This document shows, piece after piece, positions 49,297 through 58,986 of a stretch of DNA of 64,000 nucleotides. This DNA is from a virus. The position numbers and the translations under genes are program-made. How positions within the stretch are numbered: the stretch's first letter is position 1; every line of letters begins with the position of its first letter. The stretch lies in IMG/VR virus record IMGVR_UViG_3300027861_002706, positions 32,001-96,000 of that record, one strand, 5' to 3'. Below the pieces are notes generated by a model. That model worked only from the letters and a program-made list of their open reading frames with translations. It did not search any database and was not told the origin of the DNA.

Positions 49297-49338
49297 TTAA
49301 TAGAATCCTTTAAGCATAATTGTTCCCGCCGTATCTAG

Positions 49339-49383
49339 CCCCACGTGCACTTCTGATTTCGTGCTTTAATAATTCGTTAGTCT
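49339..49383. repeat. 45-bp exact direct repeat, copy 2 (spans the stop codon of the 262-aa tube paralog)
   Basis: Identical to 41379-41423. Covers exactly 15 codons of the 262-aa reading frame, including its TAA. Confidence 0.95.
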
Positions 49384-50154
49384 TCCCTGAAATCTAAGAT
49401 TCGTCTCTAGCCAGGCTGGATCATACCCCTTCTCAAACAACGATGCAATATCGGTGTCATTCTCCTGACCATAAAATTTCATTATCTCTTTTCTTAATCT
49501 GTCTTTATCGCTTTCCCAGCCTGCGGCAGATAATGGGAAATACTGCTCAGCTACATATGTGTAAGTAGACTCTGTATATATATCGTCTATAGAGAAAGTG
49601 GTGCCGAAATTAGTCAGTGTAATATTATGTAAAATCGCACTTGATGTACCTCCAAGTTCATTGGAGGCCTGAAACACCATACTAAATTTAGGTATCTGAT
49701 CAACAAATATAGTAGGCTCTCTTATCGGTTCTCCATCCGAATAAGACTTAGAAAGCATGTTAACAAATGCATCTCTGAGGCCTGCCGTAAATACCATTGA
49801 TCCAGCTATAGTCCTAGACCCACGAGCATAAGCAACAGGATTTGTTTCTCCTAATCTCCTGACCGGCATAACGCTTCTAGCAGATGAGACTGTGACAGTC
49901 TGTAGCTTATTCTCAATTTCTGAAAATCCTGGATCATCCGTAGTTTCATTATGAAGAGCTGGAATAGTTATTAAGCATAGAATATCAGACCCAGCATAAG
50001 ACAGAACATCTCTTTGGACAACTGGAGCTGTCCCCATCAAATCTACATTTGATGCAGCCTGAGCTAAGCGCTTTACACGCTTAGCTTCATCTACTTGAAT
50101 CTTCTCATGTTGAGAAATTGCATATGCACGCATGTTACTTAAAATATCAGTCAT
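49366..50154 (-). CDS. Tail tube-fold paralog (262 aa)
   Basis: SYAGSDI, PVRRLGETNPVAYARGSRTIAGSMVF, DQIPKFS, SNELG and SIDDIYTE align by eye with the major tube protein. Confidence 0.8.
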   Translation of the reverse strand: MTDILSNMRAYAISQHEKIQVDEAKRVKRLAQAASNVDLMGTAPVVQRDVLSYAGSDILCLITIPALHNETTDDPGFSEIENKLQTVTVSSARSVMPVRRLGETNPVAYARGSRTIAGSMVFTAGLRDAFVNMLSKSYSDGEPIREPTIFVDQIPKFSMVFQASNELGGTSSAILHNITLTNFGTTFSIDDIYTESTYTYVAEQYFPLSAAGWESDKDRLRKEIMKFYGQENDTDIASLFEKGYDPAWLETNLRFQGRLTNY

Positions 50155-50159
50155 GGCTA

Positions 50160-50195
50160 AGAATTAGGGAGAGGTCGGATTAACCAACCTCTCCC
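50160..50195 (-). terminator. Stem-loop after the major tube gene (intrinsic-terminator-like, weak U tract)
   Basis: Minus strand GGGAGAGGTTGG-TTAAT-CCGACCTCTCCC gives a 12-bp stem with one G-U pair, followed by TAATTCTT. Lies in the largest truly non-coding gap. Confidence 0.6.
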
Positions 50196-50218
50196 CCACC
50201 TCTCAATTCTAAAGCTAG

Positions 50219-50890
50219 TTAACCAGTAGGATTATCTTTATTTGCAATCGGTACATTGAACCGAAGATTGGCCTGGGCGTTCCAAGGTTCGACTTCCGTA
50301 GCAACGAAGGTACAGCTTTCGTCTGTAGTAATATCGTCGATAGACATACCACTACCAGCGTTCATTATCTCAACATTTTTAATCTGCATCCTGCATACAT
50401 GTCCATATTCGTTAGCAGCAGATATGGTAATGTTGAACGGCGGTAATTGGTCATGATATGTCGCGCCAACAGATTCTAATCCTAGGAATTCCCTGAGGGC
50501 AACTACATCATTAGGATTATTTCCTGTTGTTGATCCGAGCACCGGGTCTGTTATGTTAGCTGTACCAACCCGAGATTGAGAACCCATTTGGGATTTAGTC
50601 AGCTCAGTCTTCTTCATTATGACTCTAGACTCACCAGTTATATCTTGCCGAGAAACATCGAGCAAAGCCGACCTATCAAAGACCAAGAAGATTAGCGATC
50701 CTGCGATACCTCGCTTGCCCCTAGAGAAGGAGCGCGGGTTTGCGGATCCCATTGTGTAAAGCGGCGCTTTCTCCCTTGTAACCGTGTAAGAGACTCCTTG
50801 AACCTCTCCTACGGTCACATTTCCGAATGTGACAATCATGTCAACACCGCTAAATGAATTGTATGTTTGTGTTACTGCTGATCCTGGCAT
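50219..50890 (-). CDS. Major tail tube protein (223 aa)
   Basis: Directly after the sheath gene (TAATG). FSGVDM, REKAPLYTMGSANPRSFSRGKRGIAGSLIF, DQLPPFNITI and SIDD motifs. Confidence 0.88.
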   Translation of the reverse strand: MPGSAVTQTYNSFSGVDMIVTFGNVTVGEVQGVSYTVTREKAPLYTMGSANPRSFSRGKRGIAGSLIFLVFDRSALLDVSRQDITGESRVIMKKTELTKSQMGSQSRVGTANITDPVLGSTTGNNPNDVVALREFLGLESVGATYHDQLPPFNITISAANEYGHVCRMQIKNVEIMNAGSGMSIDDITTDESCTFVATEVEPWNAQANLRFNVPIANKDNPTG

Positions 50891-52446
50891 TAGCCTATCC
50901 CCTCTCCCTTAGCTAGAGATATCGTAGTATTAATCGTAACCAACTCGAATGCAGGTACCATGCTCAAGTCAATCGTCACTTCTCCTAGAACCTGCTGATC
51001 TGGAGTAGATGATATTGCAAAGTCATAAGACTTTATTGCACCCTTCTTTAGTGCTCTCTGAAGATTTGTATCTATCGCACTTTCCAGTGCCGCGAGGAAC
51101 GGTCCGCTAATCGGTTTGCCGATAAACGCCTCACCGGCATCTCTTATTATTTCACCCATTGCTTGAGTGGTTCTTATCGTAGTCACTCTAGTATAATCGG
51201 ATCTCGAGTTGATTCCAGCATTAAATGCTCCAGTTATCCCAGAAGTAATTACATAGCCAGCTGCTTTTTGAAGTAGTGCTACTATTCTATGTTGAAGCAG
51301 AGACCTAGCCTGAACTCCGCTGAGAGTTCTAGCTTGCCCAAGACCAGCAAGAGGCCTATTCGTTACACCGATATGGGGCTGAACTACAGTAAGCATTGCA
51401 GCGTACGAAGCAGCACCATTGCTGTTAACATAAGAAACAGTACCAGCGCCTTTTGCTACAGCAAACTTCTTCGCCTCAGTACCAAATGCTCTTGCTGTAC
51501 CTCCGACTACACTAACATATGCACCAGCGTCTATTTTGTTTCCATCACCATCAGTAGCAGCAGTACCATCGGTATCATTCGGCTGCATTAAGCCTATGTA
51601 GTCTGTACTAGGCGCAGATGCATCAGTGGAGTTTAGAACTGATCCCTTAAGATACTTCACCCAACTAGATCCAGTGAATGATTCACCAGTATAGCTGGCA
51701 TTAGAAGCTCCTCCGTATACTGAAGTATCGCCGGCATCCTGTGTAAGATATTTTACATATTCATTAACAAGAGTAAGACTAGGCGTCATGAACCAGGCAC
51801 CTGTAGTTGAAGTGAAGTCTGAGACAGCGGTAGCGCCGGCGTCTTTCCACGTGAGCTGTTTGGCCACATGTCCTATTGGAGTAACACCGATAACGCCGAA
51901 TGCGCTATTGCTCTCTTTTGTCAACTGATAGCAAAACTCTCCAAGTTGAGCAACAAAACTATTACCAACAAGACTATCGGTAGCTGCAGCATCAGTTGTA
52001 CCAGAGAAAGCTCCATCGGCATATGCTCCAGCGACATATACTATATCTACTTCATGATGCTGTAGCTTAGAATAGGTAGATGCTAGCTTGGTATACAGCC
52101 CAGACATGTGGTCACCTACATCTGTACCGGAGTAGGGTGTAATGACACCAGTGTCGGTTACTACTACTTCGATATTAGTAGTGCCGGCAGCTATTGCCTC
52201 TTCTATCGCAAGAGTGATTTCAGATGGCGAACCATCGGTTTGATTCCTCAAATTGCGCATAGCCACGCCAACATTATCTATCAGCAACGGCTCGTTCATC
52301 GGGATTATTCCCGGAGTTGCACCTTCGAAACCACCAATAATAGTTAACTTGGGTCCAGGATTAGGCGGAGCAATCCTGAGTCCAAAATCATTGATAGTAA
52401 CATTGACAGTTGGTAGACTGTCAGTATTCGTAATTCCACTTACCAT
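50890..52446 (-). CDS. Contractile tail sheath protein (518 aa)
   Basis: C-terminal YTRVTTIRT...FIGKP...AIDTNL...GAIKSYDF...EVTIDLSMVPAFELVTI is the sheath C-terminal domain. SD GGAGG. Confidence 0.92.
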   Translation of the reverse strand: MVSGITNTDSLPTVNVTINDFGLRIAPPNPGPKLTIIGGFEGATPGIIPMNEPLLIDNVGVAMRNLRNQTDGSPSEITLAIEEAIAAGTTNIEVVVTDTGVITPYSGTDVGDHMSGLYTKLASTYSKLQHHEVDIVYVAGAYADGAFSGTTDAAATDSLVGNSFVAQLGEFCYQLTKESNSAFGVIGVTPIGHVAKQLTWKDAGATAVSDFTSTTGAWFMTPSLTLVNEYVKYLTQDAGDTSVYGGASNASYTGESFTGSSWVKYLKGSVLNSTDASAPSTDYIGLMQPNDTDGTAATDGDGNKIDAGAYVSVVGGTARAFGTEAKKFAVAKGAGTVSYVNSNGAASYAAMLTVVQPHIGVTNRPLAGLGQARTLSGVQARSLLQHRIVALLQKAAGYVITSGITGAFNAGINSRSDYTRVTTIRTTQAMGEIIRDAGEAFIGKPISGPFLAALESAIDTNLQRALKKGAIKSYDFAISSTPDQQVLGEVTIDLSMVPAFELVTINTTISLAKGEGIG

Positions 52447-52461
52447 TTTTTCTTACCTCCA

Positions 52462-53631
52462 TTAACCTGTATCTGTAAATCTCTGGTCTATTACGCTGTA
52501 GTCTCCATACAAGTAATTTCCACTTGCGTCATGAAAAGCATCAAAAATTGTTGCAAACCTATCTCCGAATGGCCCCATCACGCTACCTGCTGTTTCTGGA
52601 CTTTGGCCAGTAGGAGGACTAACTGCACTGTCGCTCCAAGCTATTCTGCTCGACAAATTTATAGAAGTTACATTATGAATGACTTCTACTGTATGTTCTT
52701 CGGTTCTAAAATACCACTCTACGGTGTATCCTATTATGTCGTCTCGCCACACCTTAACTTTTTGGTCTGCTCGTCTCTGCCAATACAGTAGCTCTTGAAC
52801 ACCATTCTTTTTCAGAACCCAAGCATACTTATATAAGAAATCGTTAAACCAAGTTATTAGCTTTTCGGCACCAAAATGAGTGCTACTGTAACAAGTAAAT
52901 CTTAATATATTATCGTACCATTGTCCACGTACCTGGATCGAGTAGTTTTGTGGGTCATCGGGATGCTTGTAAATTTCTCTAACTCTAGGCTTAATTTCTT
53001 TCATCATGTCAAATGGTCTCTTGCCTACAGTCCCAGGCTCTTGCCGTATAAGCTCTACCGATATCGTTGGAGTAAACGGCTCCGCCTGAGAGACCCCTAT
53101 GTCTCCCGAGCTATCTGACATGTCTGTGCCAGGCGTGTCTGGGTAAGCATGTAAGAACTTTACAAGTTTAGTAGTTTCCGCCCCTATCCCATCTGGGTTG
53201 ATAAACTCTAGCTTATCACTACCCTTTGGCCCAGTAATCCCTGTCTCGAGAAGGACTGCTCCATAGAACCTATTGTCTGGCGTTTTGGGTACATATTTAA
53301 CTGTGTATATTTCTGATGTATTTATATTTCGTATCTTATCCCCAAATTTAGGCTCTACTATCATGAATGGGAATACAATTAAAAATGGATTTTTCTTAGA
53401 AACAGTAAAATACATCTGATATTTAGGCAGCAATTTACCTATCATATCATATATATCTTGCACATTTGCAGATCTGTCAGCCATAGACCTAGGCGGTCTA
53501 AGGAAGTCTTCTTTCTCAGTAATACCAAGTATTATATTTCTTGCTATAGGGGAAGTATTAAAATACTGTAGTGTTAGTTCGTCAAAATCCTCAAGGATAG
53601 GATCGCCGGACTTATCATTTCTAATTGACAT
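52462..53631 (-). CDS. Tail terminator / tail completion protein (~389 aa)
   Basis: Immediately precedes the sheath gene. PTISVELIRQEPG, KPRVRE and GQWYDNILRFTCYS...AEKLITWF. Start placed at ATG 53631 (MSIRND). Confidence 0.65.
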   Translation of the reverse strand: MSIRNDKSGDPILEDFDELTLQYFNTSPIARNIILGITEKEDFLRPPRSMADRSANVQDIYDMIGKLLPKYQMYFTVSKKNPFLIVFPFMIVEPKFGDKIRNINTSEIYTVKYVPKTPDNRFYGAVLLETGITGPKGSDKLEFINPDGIGAETTKLVKFLHAYPDTPGTDMSDSSGDIGVSQAEPFTPTISVELIRQEPGTVGKRPFDMMKEIKPRVREIYKHPDDPQNYSIQVRGQWYDNILRFTCYSSTHFGAEKLITWFNDFLYKYAWVLKKNGVQELLYWQRRADQKVKVWRDDIIGYTVEWYFRTEEHTVEVIHNVTSINLSSRIAWSDSAVSPPTGQSPETAGSVMGPFGDRFATIFDAFHDASGNYLYGDYSVIDQRFTDTG

Positions 53632-54088
53632 TCCACACACTCTCTTCACATAAACACCTGTAGTATATTATTTTACCATTAATTCCACGCTGCTCGCTCA
53701 CATCCTGTATGTCGTAGTACTTAGTTATCTTGAAGGGCTTTATCGGCTCTAATGTAGCTTCGTCTATAGCTAGTTCCACTATCCAATCTAGCTCCCTCGG
53801 ATTCATACTATACCTAAGATAAAAGATATACTTGGGTACAGTTATTAATCCTATTGGAGTTCCTAGCTCATCAGATCCACCTGACATTCCTACAGGACTC
53901 TTCCTGGCCTTAGTAATGTGATCTGTATATGTATGTCCAGACGTGGTCGTATCTGGTGCAGCAGTCAAGCCTTCACCAGTGGGACTATCTACGTTGGGAG
54001 AGCTAGGACTAAGCAGCACTTTTCTAAGCGCGATCCAGTACCCATTCTCTTTTACAAACTTCTCAAACTCTAATCTCATTTGAGTCAT
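53621..54088 (-). CDS. Head closure / neck protein (~155 aa)
   Basis: Small beta-rich protein directly before the terminator gene (YIFYLRYSMNPRELDWIVEL). Start placed at ATG 54088, 2 nt after the upstream stop. Confidence 0.55.
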   Translation of the reverse strand: MTQMRLEFEKFVKENGYWIALRKVLLSPSSPNVDSPTGEGLTAAPDTTTSGHTYTDHITKARKSPVGMSGGSDELGTPIGLITVPKYIFYLRYSMNPRELDWIVELAIDEATLEPIKPFKITKYYDIQDVSEQRGINGKIIYYRCLCEESVWNVN

Positions 54089-54090
54089 GA

Positions 54091-57000
54091 TTATCCATCT
54101 CCCCATAGATTATCGCTAGCATGCGTACCACCTATTTTATCAGACGCTGGCCTAGATATCTGTGTGTCGGTTGCCGATATCCTGGGATCTTTGTCGGATA
54201 TAGCACCTTGAGGTATACTGTCTTTTAGCGCAGGAACTAGTCTGACTATTACATCTAGACTTGAACTGATAGCAGAATCCAGGAAGATACGAGCACTATT
54301 AGTAAAGTCTAGGGATATTGCTGCGCTGGATAGCGCGCTAGACACCACATTGCCAACAATGGGAACTATCAGTCTGGCAGAAGTAACTCCTTCCGAAGAA
54401 ACCGATCCAGATATAAGTATAACTTTCTCTGCTCCAGCTATGATTATAGTCTCACTAGAAATTTGTCCAGATAGATCACTACTGAGTGATAGAGAAGCTG
54501 AAGTTACACTAGAGCCTGCAGTCTCTGCAGATAGAACCTTATCTCCTGTTTTAGACAGGCTTGAAGTAACAACACATTCTCCAACAGTAGTTCCGGAAAC
54601 ACTTGATACAGTAGAAATAGTAGCAGTGCTAATTGCACTTCCTGTTGCAGTCGCAGATACACCGTGGATCAGGAGTGTACCGGCCTCGACTATAGCCTCA
54701 CTTGATATAGCTGATTCTAATCCTACACCTAGCTGCTGTTCTGAAGTAGCTACTGACTCACTCGAAATAGATCCGGAAACATAAGTCGCTACGCTAGTAG
54801 AACTAGTAGAAACAGATACACTTACTATTGAAGCAGCAATAGCGTATGTAACGCTAACGTTACCAACAGATACTGCAGTACCTCTGATAGACCCTACGCT
54901 TTCAGAAGTAGGTAATGCTGCTGAAACTACTGCCAAACCTGAAGAAGATGCACTCAAGTCAGCGACGAGGTTGAGCACACCTGTAACAACGCTAGTCGAA
55001 GTAACAGTCGCAGTGAGAGCCGTATCCACGAGTGTGGCACTTATCGCAGTTCCCTCTGTGACTATGGAGCCCCTCAGATCGGTGACCACGCTAAGAGTAC
55101 TGGCGGTAACGCTAGTGGAGCTGACAGCTGCGACAAGAGTTGTGTCCACTAGTGTGGCGCTTACTGTGGTTCCCTCTGTGATTATCGAACCTCTGAGGTC
55201 GGTAACCACGCTTATACTACTGCTAGAACTAGAAGATCCGATAGTACTGGCAACGACGAAAGCATCTGCTGTTACAGCAGAAGTAGCAACTGTCAGTCCT
55301 GTAATATCAGCAACTACAACATAATCTACGACTGTAGCCAGCTGAGTAACTGTAGTTCCTATGGCGGACCCAGAAAACTCTGCTACTCCTGATTCTGTTA
55401 GTGCTGCTGAAATATCACATATTCCTACAGATTCAGCTACGCAGCTATACCCCATAGTTAGCGTAGATGTAGCAACAGCTGTACCTGCAGATGCTCCAAC
55501 AGAAGAGTAGGAGGCAACAGCGCTGCCAGTAGCAGTAGCTTCTCCAGAAGCAGTGGCAGCCAGGTCGGTAACTATACTAAGGGCACTGGTAGTAACAGCG
55601 GTAGAGGTTGTAGTTGCAGTAAGAGCTGTGACCACGCTGAGTGCACTAGCGGTAACGCTGGTAGAACTAACAGCTGCGACAAGAGTTGTGTCTACCAGTG
55701 TGGCACTCACTGTGGTGCCCTCTGTGATTATGGAGCCTCTGAGGTCGGTAACCACGCTGAGTGCGCTGGTAATAACAGAGGTGGAGGATGTGGTTGCAAC
55801 GAGGTCAGTAACCAGCAGCGTGGCACTCACTGTGGTGCCCTCTGTGATTATGGAGCCTCTGAGGTCGGTGACCACGCTGAGTGCGCTGGTAACAACAGAG
55901 GTGGAGGATGTGGTTGCAACGAGGTCAGTAACTACGCTGAGTGCGCTGGTAACAACAGAGGTGGAGGATGTGGTTGCAGCAACATACGTTATAACTTCTA
56001 TCGCAGAAGATATACTCACAGATCCGATAGTAGATCCAGTAAGTTGCCTGTCCATAGCTTTAGTGAAGTTAGATGAAATTATTGTCCTACTGATAAGCTC
56101 AGCTGCAAGATCAGTAACAACACTAATACTACTTTCAGCAACAGAGGTAGAACTAATAGACGCAATAAGATCAGTGACTACCAGTGTAGCACTTACCGTG
56201 GTTCCCTCAGTTACGATGGAGCCTCGAAGGTCGGTGACTACGCTGAGCGCACTGGTGGTGACAGAGGTAGAAGTTGTGGTTGCAACAAGAGTTGTGTCTA
56301 CCAGTGTGGCACTCACTGTGGTTCCCTCAGTGACTATCGAGCCTCTGAGATCGGTAACCACGCTGAGTGCGCTAGTGGTAACGCTGGTGGAAGTTGTGGT
56401 TGCAACGAGGTCAGTGACCACACTGAGTGCGCTGGTGGTGACGCTAGTAGAGGTAGTGGTTGCAACAAGGTCGGTAACCACGCTGAGGGTGCTGGTCGTA
56501 ACGCTCGTGGAGGTCGTGGTTGCGACAAGATCGGTAACCACGCTAAGGCTACTAGTGGTAACACCTGTAGCAGAGATTGAAGCAGCGAGATCGGTGATAA
56601 CCGAGATGCTGCTTTCTGTAACCGCCGGCAGAGAAATTGAAGCTCTTAGATCCGTAACAACAGATATATTGCTTGCAGCAATACCTTCAATGACTATGGA
56701 AGCAGCTAGCTGTCTGGCAACCTGAACATCGCTGGAGGCAACCGTATCTGACTGAATCGCCCCTATTACATCTGTAACTACTCCAGCATTACTGGATATA
56801 ACACTATCGGAAACTACCGATCCTCTTACATCTGTAACAACACTAATGACTCCCTGGCTGTCAGCTACACCAATGATAGTGCCTGTAGCAAGATGGTCGA
56901 CGCCAGCAGCAGCAGAGACTGCCTTTTCCCATCTCGCCTTTAATGGACCTATGTTCCAGTCGCCGTCCTTGCCAGCAGCAAAAATCCTAAATTGATATGT

Positions 57001-57468
57001 TCTACCTTCGACCGCATTATCTACAGATATAGACCATCCACCTTCAGAATGATTATCTCTAATCTCTGCAGAAACATTTTGCTGGCCATTCCCTTCTTCA
57101 AATTGCAACAATCCTGGCGTATAGTTTTGATCAGTACTCGCTTGGTTAATTCTAGGATTGATAGAATTGCTATGGACAAAGCTTGCATCAACTGCTCCCG
57201 TTAAATATAGCTCATGGGCGCTATTGGCCTGAAGGATAGTATAGCTGCCCGGTGAATTAACATCCTTCCATTCAAGATAGTGATTATTACCAGCACGTAT
57301 TCTCTCACTTTCGTCTAGTATATTTGTAAATAGAATAAAATTATCTGACCCAGTATATGTATATATACCTGACTCTGTCGCTGTAGATCCTGGGCCAGCG
57401 AGGAAGGGAGTTACAGCATCTGCTGTACTAAATCCAGTAGTTAGTACTGTACCTATCTCACTTGCCAC
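54091..57468 (-). CDS. Ser/Thr/Val/Ala-rich repeat protein (1125 aa), probable fibre or stalk
   Basis: Many 20-aa units (SVVTDLVATTTSTSVTTSAL and SVVTDLRGSIVTEGTTVSAT) behind an N-terminal globular region. Confidence 0.75.
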   Translation of the reverse strand: MASEIGTVLTTGFSTADAVTPFLAGPGSTATESGIYTYTGSDNFILFTNILDESERIRAGNNHYLEWKDVNSPGSYTILQANSAHELYLTGAVDASFVHSNSINPRINQASTDQNYTPGLLQFEEGNGQQNVSAEIRDNHSEGGWSISVDNAVEGRTYQFRIFAAGKDGDWNIGPLKARWEKAVSAAAGVDHLATGTIIGVADSQGVISVVTDVRGSVVSDSVISSNAGVVTDVIGAIQSDTVASSDVQVARQLAASIVIEGIAASNISVVTDLRASISLPAVTESSISVITDLAASISATGVTTSSLSVVTDLVATTTSTSVTTSTLSVVTDLVATTTSTSVTTSALSVVTDLVATTTSTSVTTSALSVVTDLRGSIVTEGTTVSATLVDTTLVATTTSTSVTTSALSVVTDLRGSIVTEGTTVSATLVVTDLIASISSTSVAESSISVVTDLAAELISRTIISSNFTKAMDRQLTGSTIGSVSISSAIEVITYVAATTSSTSVVTSALSVVTDLVATTSSTSVVTSALSVVTDLRGSIITEGTTVSATLLVTDLVATTSSTSVITSALSVVTDLRGSIITEGTTVSATLVDTTLVAAVSSTSVTASALSVVTALTATTTSTAVTTSALSIVTDLAATASGEATATGSAVASYSSVGASAGTAVATSTLTMGYSCVAESVGICDISAALTESGVAEFSGSAIGTTVTQLATVVDYVVVADITGLTVATSAVTADAFVVASTIGSSSSSSSISVVTDLRGSIITEGTTVSATLVDTTLVAAVSSTSVTASTLSVVTDLRGSIVTEGTAISATLVDTALTATVTSTSVVTGVLNLVADLSASSSGLAVVSAALPTSESVGSIRGTAVSVGNVSVTYAIAASIVSVSVSTSSTSVATYVSGSISSESVATSEQQLGVGLESAISSEAIVEAGTLLIHGVSATATGSAISTATISTVSSVSGTTVGECVVTSSLSKTGDKVLSAETAGSSVTSASLSLSSDLSGQISSETIIIAGAEKVILISGSVSSEGVTSARLIVPIVGNVVSSALSSAAISLDFTNSARIFLDSAISSSLDVIVRLVPALKDSIPQGAISDKDPRISATDTQISRPASDKIGGTHASDNLWGDG
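55000..56640. repeat. Imperfect 60-bp / 120-bp coding tandem repeat array (boundaries approximate)
   Basis: Near-identical units recur 120 nt apart (55744 and 55864) and 60 nt apart (55864 and 55924). Confidence 0.9.
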
Positions 57469-57477
57469 TTAACTCCC

Positions 57478-58986
57478 CTAAGCCTGGTCTAAGTCAACTC
57501 CGAAAAAGATTTTTCCAGTTTCGTGTTGTACGATATGGTGAGGTCCATTTGGTGGAGATGCATAATACTGAATAGTACCACCCTCTAAAGCTTCAGCATT
57601 CATTAACCAATATCTTGAGTAAACTACATCTTTGTCAGCGTTACATACAAAGCCAGTTAAGCTAATATACCAATCAGCGACCCCTTCGGTATCTGCTGAT
57701 ACATATCCTGTTCCAGGCAGTAGGTAAGTTAAACCATTATAGTAATCTTCTACTGCAAATCTAAAGCCCATGCCATCGCCCAGGAGTCCCTCTAGCGAGA
57801 AATTCGTCAGCTGCTCTACATCTCTGCCAGCAGTGAATAGTTTATCCCGATATACAGGATTTCCATCCATGTCTACACCAAACTCTTCACCATAGAATTG
57901 ATAAGTTCTCGACATTCCGGCTATAGTCGCACTGACTTTATGATCTGTTGGGCCTGAAGGACCCTGGCCTACTATATCATATGGATAACCTGAATCAGGA
58001 GAGGTACTACTTATATTAGAAACAGCGGATTCAAAGGTTCCATTAAGCACTCCTACATCTTCGTAGTCGGCTACTGAGAGACTGGCGCCAGTTTCATTCA
58101 ATCTAAAACAATGAACTAAGTCAGACTGTTGATCTCCATCGACAGGTACAGTCTTAAGACTCTCTAGCTTTCCGTAGTTTATAACAGAAGCCATATCTGA
58201 CTTCCAAAATCTATGCTCGCAGTGTCCGCCAGGCCAACTCCTATTTAGTTTGCTAGAAGCGCTATTATTCTGTTGCGTACCGAAGAATCCAGCAAGACCT
58301 GAAGTACCTAACATAGAATTATCATTATTATCTAGCTGTCTGTGTATAAATACCAAGATTGGCCCATTCGCTGGATCAGTTTCACTCCTGATCATTCTAA
58401 AATACTTACCAGGCGTATGAGTAGTATCACCCTCCTGTGGACCCCAAAAAGTACCATTAAGATTATCTACTGTTCCACCTGCATCAGTCCCATCAGAATT
58501 TTTACCCAATCTGCCGACTAGCCATTCCCACTGACTATCTGTACTGTTGTACCTAAGAACAGAGTGATACCACTCATCTGGACTCATCCAGTCATCTGCG
58601 TTGGCTGTCTCCAGGGCTACATTACCGGACCAGCCGTTAGTGCCAGTATTTCCCCGAACATATCCAAATCTTACCCTTAGTGCGTTGGTATTTCTTAGCC
58701 GTAACTGATATCCGCAGATTTTAGAATTCGACTGTTGCCTTATATCTACAGCAAACTGGTAATTCGTACCTGAATTATCAAAACGTGAAATATAAAAAAA
58801 TGTTTCTATACATGTAACACCGATTTTGCTAGCCCACATACCGTCTAACTCTGACTGCGTTTGAGGGAATAGCCCATGAGCCTGGTGACTCTCTAGCCAC
58901 CAGCCAAGATACGCACCTGCACCCCGAGTTGCGGTAGTATGCTCCGTGTCTCCGAGATGATATGGATCATATGAGCCTGTAGGCAT
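57478..58986 (-). CDS. LamG/ConA-like domain protein (502 aa)
   Basis: DEWYHSVLRYNS, GGHCEHRFW and LVHCFRLNE resemble LamG-type lectin folds. TAATG-coupled start. Confidence 0.5.
   Translation of the reverse strand: MPTGSYDPYHLGDTEHTTATRGAGAYLGWWLESHQAHGLFPQTQSELDGMWASKIGVTCIETFFYISRFDNSGTNYQFAVDIRQQSNSKICGYQLRLRNTNALRVRFGYVRGNTGTNGWSGNVALETANADDWMSPDEWYHSVLRYNSTDSQWEWLVGRLGKNSDGTDAGGTVDNLNGTFWGPQEGDTTHTPGKYFRMIRSETDPANGPILVFIHRQLDNNDNSMLGTSGLAGFFGTQQNNSASSKLNRSWPGGHCEHRFWKSDMASVINYGKLESLKTVPVDGDQQSDLVHCFRLNETGASLSVADYEDVGVLNGTFESAVSNISSTSPDSGYPYDIVGQGPSGPTDHKVSATIAGMSRTYQFYGEEFGVDMDGNPVYRDKLFTAGRDVEQLTNFSLEGLLGDGMGFRFAVEDYYNGLTYLLPGTGYVSADTEGVADWYISLTGFVCNADKDVVYSRYWLMNAEALEGGTIQYYASPPNGPHHIVQHETGKIFFGVDLDQA

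Noticed and set aside
49297-49317. Mini-ORF MLKGFY* before the 266-aa gene
   Set aside because: It has no clear SD of its own and contains the SD of the next gene. It is better explained as the orphaned 3' end of the 262-aa frame.
41379-49383. Diversity-generating retroelement TR/VR pair or CRISPR repeat
   Set aside because: The two copies are identical (no adenine-specific mismatches), only two copies were seen, there is no spacer array, and no reverse transcriptase or cas gene is in the window.
55553-56725. 390-aa plus-strand ORF (and neighbours 54350-54784, 54971-55324)
   Set aside because: Antisense shadow of the Ser/Thr/Val repeat gene. The repeated codons lack stops on the opposite strand, and there is no SD or independent protein character.
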